The notes under the pieces are model-generated. The model searched no databases. It saw only the letters and a program-made list of their open reading frames with translations, and had not been told where the DNA came from. Below, in pieces: positions 60,321 to 64,000 of a stretch of DNA of 64,000 bases (the first letter of the stretch is position 1; every line of letters begins with the position of its first letter). The position numbers were made by a program, and so were the translations under genes. This DNA is from Amoebophrya sp. A120. Lineage: Eukaryota; Protista; Dinoflagellata. The stretch is taken from contig CAJINV010000004.1 in NCBI GenBank assembly GCA_905178155.1, positions 5,410,535 through 5,474,534 of the forward strand. The letters are read 5' to 3'.

Positions 60321-60552
60321 TTTTCACAATTGAGCTAGAACAAACTGTTTCTACTAGTGTCTACCACTCCCTAAATTGTCTTTTTTGTGACGCAAGCTTG
60401 ATTGACGCAACGACGCAAACGTATGCATGTAGAGCGTGGGCATGTTTGTACAACGTGACTAGTGACGCATTTTTCTGAACACTGGGCGCGGCGTGCACGA
60501 CGGGTCCACGACATGTGGTTTCATATTTTTATCTTTACACAAACTGCACATT

Positions 60553-61964
60553 TTATAAACCACAAAAATCTACTGCACAATACTGGTCTTTACTCACAAA
60601 CGGGATGGATCGGATGTAGTACATGAGCATGCCGAGATTGCTCCAACGGCAATGCACTACCACCCGTGTCGGATCGACACCACATAAATACAGATGGGTG
60701 GCAGCGCCAATTCTCCAGCTATGCGCACCGGCTTCGAACTCGTTGAGCTTTTTCATAACTCTGGACACGTCGAGATCATTGCCTTGCAACATGGGTAGAA
60801 AATTCTTAAATTTACAAACACAGTACTCACACGGGTAGCCAGCACGTTTTAACTGACTGCACACACACTTCACTCTTACAAGGGAATAGCAATTGACTTT
60901 GGTGCTAGCTTCGTTAAAATTTACCAAGAGATCGCCTATGTCATAACGTAGTGAGATTTTTTGCTTTGCACCAGATCCGCACGTGTCGAGCAGTTTTACT
61001 TCGCTCTTGCGTAATGCTGCATAAAAAGCTATGCATAATGCCATAACTTCCGTGGCATTGATCACACCTAGCTCGTGGCACTTCCGTACATGATACAAAG
61101 TGAGTGGCGCTTTCTGCTTTTTCCTTCCTAAATGCCCTCTGCGTACCAAATTCCCTAATTCTCTTCTTACATCCTCGCGCTGGCTTTCTGTCAATGCACA
61201 TCTTTCATCTTTGAAGATATCCGCAACCACTGGTTGTATCGTAGCATATCCGGCTGCGAGGCTGACGCCGATAAACTGCTTCACGGAATCTACCGTCCAC
61301 GGAGCGCAGGGAAGTTCTGCAGCTATCTTTTCGCACCTGCGCACCCGCGCATCCCGATTATCATCGGCCTTCTTGGAAGACGCGCACGCCGTGTAATCCT
61401 CCATTGCACCCCGAAGGAGGAACGGGCTTCTCGCAATATCTAACGCAGCTTCGATCTTACTCCGTGCTGCTGACCGCTCCAAACTCGTACCGCCGTGTAG
61501 CGCTACTGCTGCATCAGCTTGCACTGCTTCCATCTGCTTGACGAAATACTGCACAGGCACATCACACCCTTTGGCAGACCTGGCGCACGGGTCGTCTTTA
61601 ACGTAGCACGACGTGCTTTGAAGTACTCCGCTCACGTGCCGCGAAACAAGCCGCATCTTGCTGAAAGATGAAGCCAGGTGCCTGCCCTGCGCTTCTGTAC
61701 AAATCACCATGCCACGTACGTCCGACTCAGGCTTTGGCGCAACGATGTGACGGTGCTGGATGGTACCGGGCGGCAGCGAAACTGAATTCGCGACAAAACC
61801 CCGCGGCAGCGGGTCATCCGCGTTGACGCAACTCTGCACGGCTTTTGACGCAACCTTCTCACCGCACGTTGCGGCGAAGTTCTCGTATGTACTGAGATTT
61901 TCCGCACCCTGCTTCGCGAAATCCTCCTTCAGACTGGCCCAAAACTCTGCCTCGTCGAACGACA
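60553..61964 (-). CDS. Tyrosine recombinase
   Basis: FYAALRKSE (R), HSWRIGAA (HxxR), HCRW, MYYIR (Y). Confidence 0.9.
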
Positions 61965-63093
61965 TCTTTATCTTGACTTCAACCGAGTTGAACTGGCTGT
62001 ACAATCTGTGGCGACTGTGACAAAAACGGAGTGGGCGGGCGGGAAAAGAAACGACAAAGAGTCGCTCCTAAGGTCCTGCTACCCTGTGTACATGCGGGCG
62101 CGCTTTCGCGCGGTACACAACTCTCATGGCACTGGAGGGAGGTTTTACCGGCGCACCGTCGCCATGAATAAAGCCGAGACCTCGTCCCTTGCCTACTATT
62201 TTACTCATACGCTCCTGCACTTCTCTCGTGTGCTACTACTGACTGGTGTGAAGCGGCCTTCTGGTCCCAAGCGCAGAGCGGCTGCAGGCGCAACGCGTAC
62301 GACGACGAGCTCGTAGACGACGAGCAGCATGATCTTGGTGGGGCCCCTTTTGCCACCTACGCTCTCACGGAGAGGGCGCTGACTGAAGCGCGACAACCAG
62401 GACCCACCACCGCTCGACACGAGAGCGCCTGCACCGTAATACTGATCTGCGCACTGTATTCTACTAAACCATGCTGCCGGCGTCTAACGAGGCTCTACAG
62501 CGGCCTGAAGACATGTAACACAACGGCGCGAGGCGCTGCTACTTGACGAGGTCAAGTAGCAACACCGCCCGTAGCTGTATCGCGAGCCGGGCGGACCCAG
62601 TTCACGATACCACAGACGCAAACGCGGTAGCGCACCACAAGACGAGGTGGCTCCTGCCTGAGCAGAATACCGACCGGCTCGCCAAGTAGCAGCGCCGACG
62701 CCAAGCTGGCAGCACGACCGCAACACCTACTTCTGCACCTTACTTGCACATACCACAACTGCACCAAGATACTGGCACCACCGCCACCACAACTACATCT
62801 GCCTCTACCACTAGGCAACAACAGCAGGCCGGTGCGAACCCATGCACATGCATGTCGCACCGCCTACGCGCTTCCTACACCCACAGGGCGGAAGCGCCTG
62901 ATCTGCAGGGGCACGTGCGATCAGCACCGTGTAACCAAAGAAACGACAGCGAGTCGCTCCTAAGGTCCTGCTACCCTGTGTACATGCGGGCGCGCTTTCG
63001 CGCGGTGCACAACTCTCATGGCACTGGAGGGAGGTTTTACCGGCGCACCGTCGCCATGAATAAAGCCGAGACCTCGTCCCTCGCCTACTATTT

Positions 63094-63375
63094 CTGGCAC
63101 AGATTGCAACTTTTTTCACATGTGCCGGCGCAAATCGGAACTTTTTGCACATCTGCTGGCCGAGACGGCAATCTGTTGCACATCTGCCAGGACAGATCAC
63201 ATTTTTTTCCACATGTGCTGACAGGAATCACAATTTTTTGCGCATATGCGAGCACAAGTCGCAATTTTGTGCACATGTGCCGGCACGGATCGCAATTTTT
63301 TCCACATCTGCCAGCGCGGATTGCATTTTTTTTCACATTTGCAAGCGCGGATTGCAATTTTTTGCACATTTGCCT
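63094..63375. repeat. ~30-bp degenerate minisatellite, right part of the retrotransposon target
   Basis: Units like gattgcaacttttttcacatgtgccggcgc; same unit as 55165-55506. Confidence 0.8.
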
Positions 63376-64000
63376 TTTAGAAAATTCAACAAATTTTGAT
63401 AGTGTGCGGGCATCCTACCAAATTTTGCAGTATATGGAGTCAGATTCTATAGCCCTGGCGCTCCAGCGGAAATTTGCGGACATTTGGCGGGAATTTGGCC
63501 AGCATTTCGCATTCTGGCGGGAGTTGCGCGGTGTTTGGCGGTGTGTGGTGCTTTGGTGGCGGCCAAAGTGTCAGGACCTGTTAATCCTGGTCGCGCGGGA
63601 GAAACAGTTGTGGGGTGGTGGTACAAAGCCGAATTTTTGCGGTACAACAGCGGTTACAGCGGCGCGGTACGACTTTGCAGCGGTTTTCGGGGCAAATGCC
63701 AGTTCCAGGCTTTGTTGCGAACCGTTTCTGGCTGGATTTGCGGCTTTTCCAGACCACTTGTGATGCTTTATTCCCTTCAGGAAACGCATCACCATGGTGC
63801 ATCTCTGAAAAGGAAGCAGACAGCAGAAACGGGCTCCAACTCTGCTATGGAACGCCGGGGATTGCCGTCATGTTAGTCCTGGACCTGCCCGCAGTCAAGC
63901 AGCAGTGCGGCACCTAAATCCAGCTGTCGTCTGACGCGGTGCCAGGCTTGGCTCTTCACGATGAGAAGTTACTATCATAGGCGGACACCGCAGGAGTTTG

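Larger units (their letters stand above)
55507..63093 (-). mobile_element. Tyrosine-recombinase (DIRS order, PAT/Ngaro-type) retrotransposon with split direct repeats
   Basis: Repeat B 55507-55655 = 62199-62347; repeat A 62045-62201 = 62937-63093; A-B junction at ~62200; TTT at both ends and at the junction; encodes YR, gag and RT-RNase H. Confidence 0.93.

Noticed and set aside
62008-63763. + strand ORFs sharing ESLLRSCYPVYMRARF...
   Set aside because: They arise from split direct repeat A and the flanking minisatellite

Overview
Eukaryotic, intron-rich genomic DNA. Non-canonical inverted-repeat introns and one-directional gene order point to the parasitic dinoflagellate Amoebophrya (Syndiniales); this assignment is an inference. 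All host genes I could identify are on the minus strand: a GT10 fucosyltransferase-like gene, an unknown gene, a SNAPC1-like gene, an LRR gene, a DUF285 gene, V-ATPase subunit A (10 exons), a small membrane protein and a divergent protein kinase. At least 17 of the introns are introner/MITE elements with TAT...ATA termini and 5-bp target duplications. Three larger mobile elements are present. (1) A 14-kb TIR transposon (9440-23465, 6-bp TSD) encodes a Mutator/Zisupton-clan DDE transposase and a cargo gene. (2) A 2.7-kb non-coding TIR element sits inside a V-ATPase intron. (3) A 7.6-kb tyrosine-recombinase retrotransposon (55507-63093) has split direct repeats, an unusual YR-gag-RT/RH order and spliceosomal introns in gag. 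Exon structures were read by eye and need RNA confirmation.
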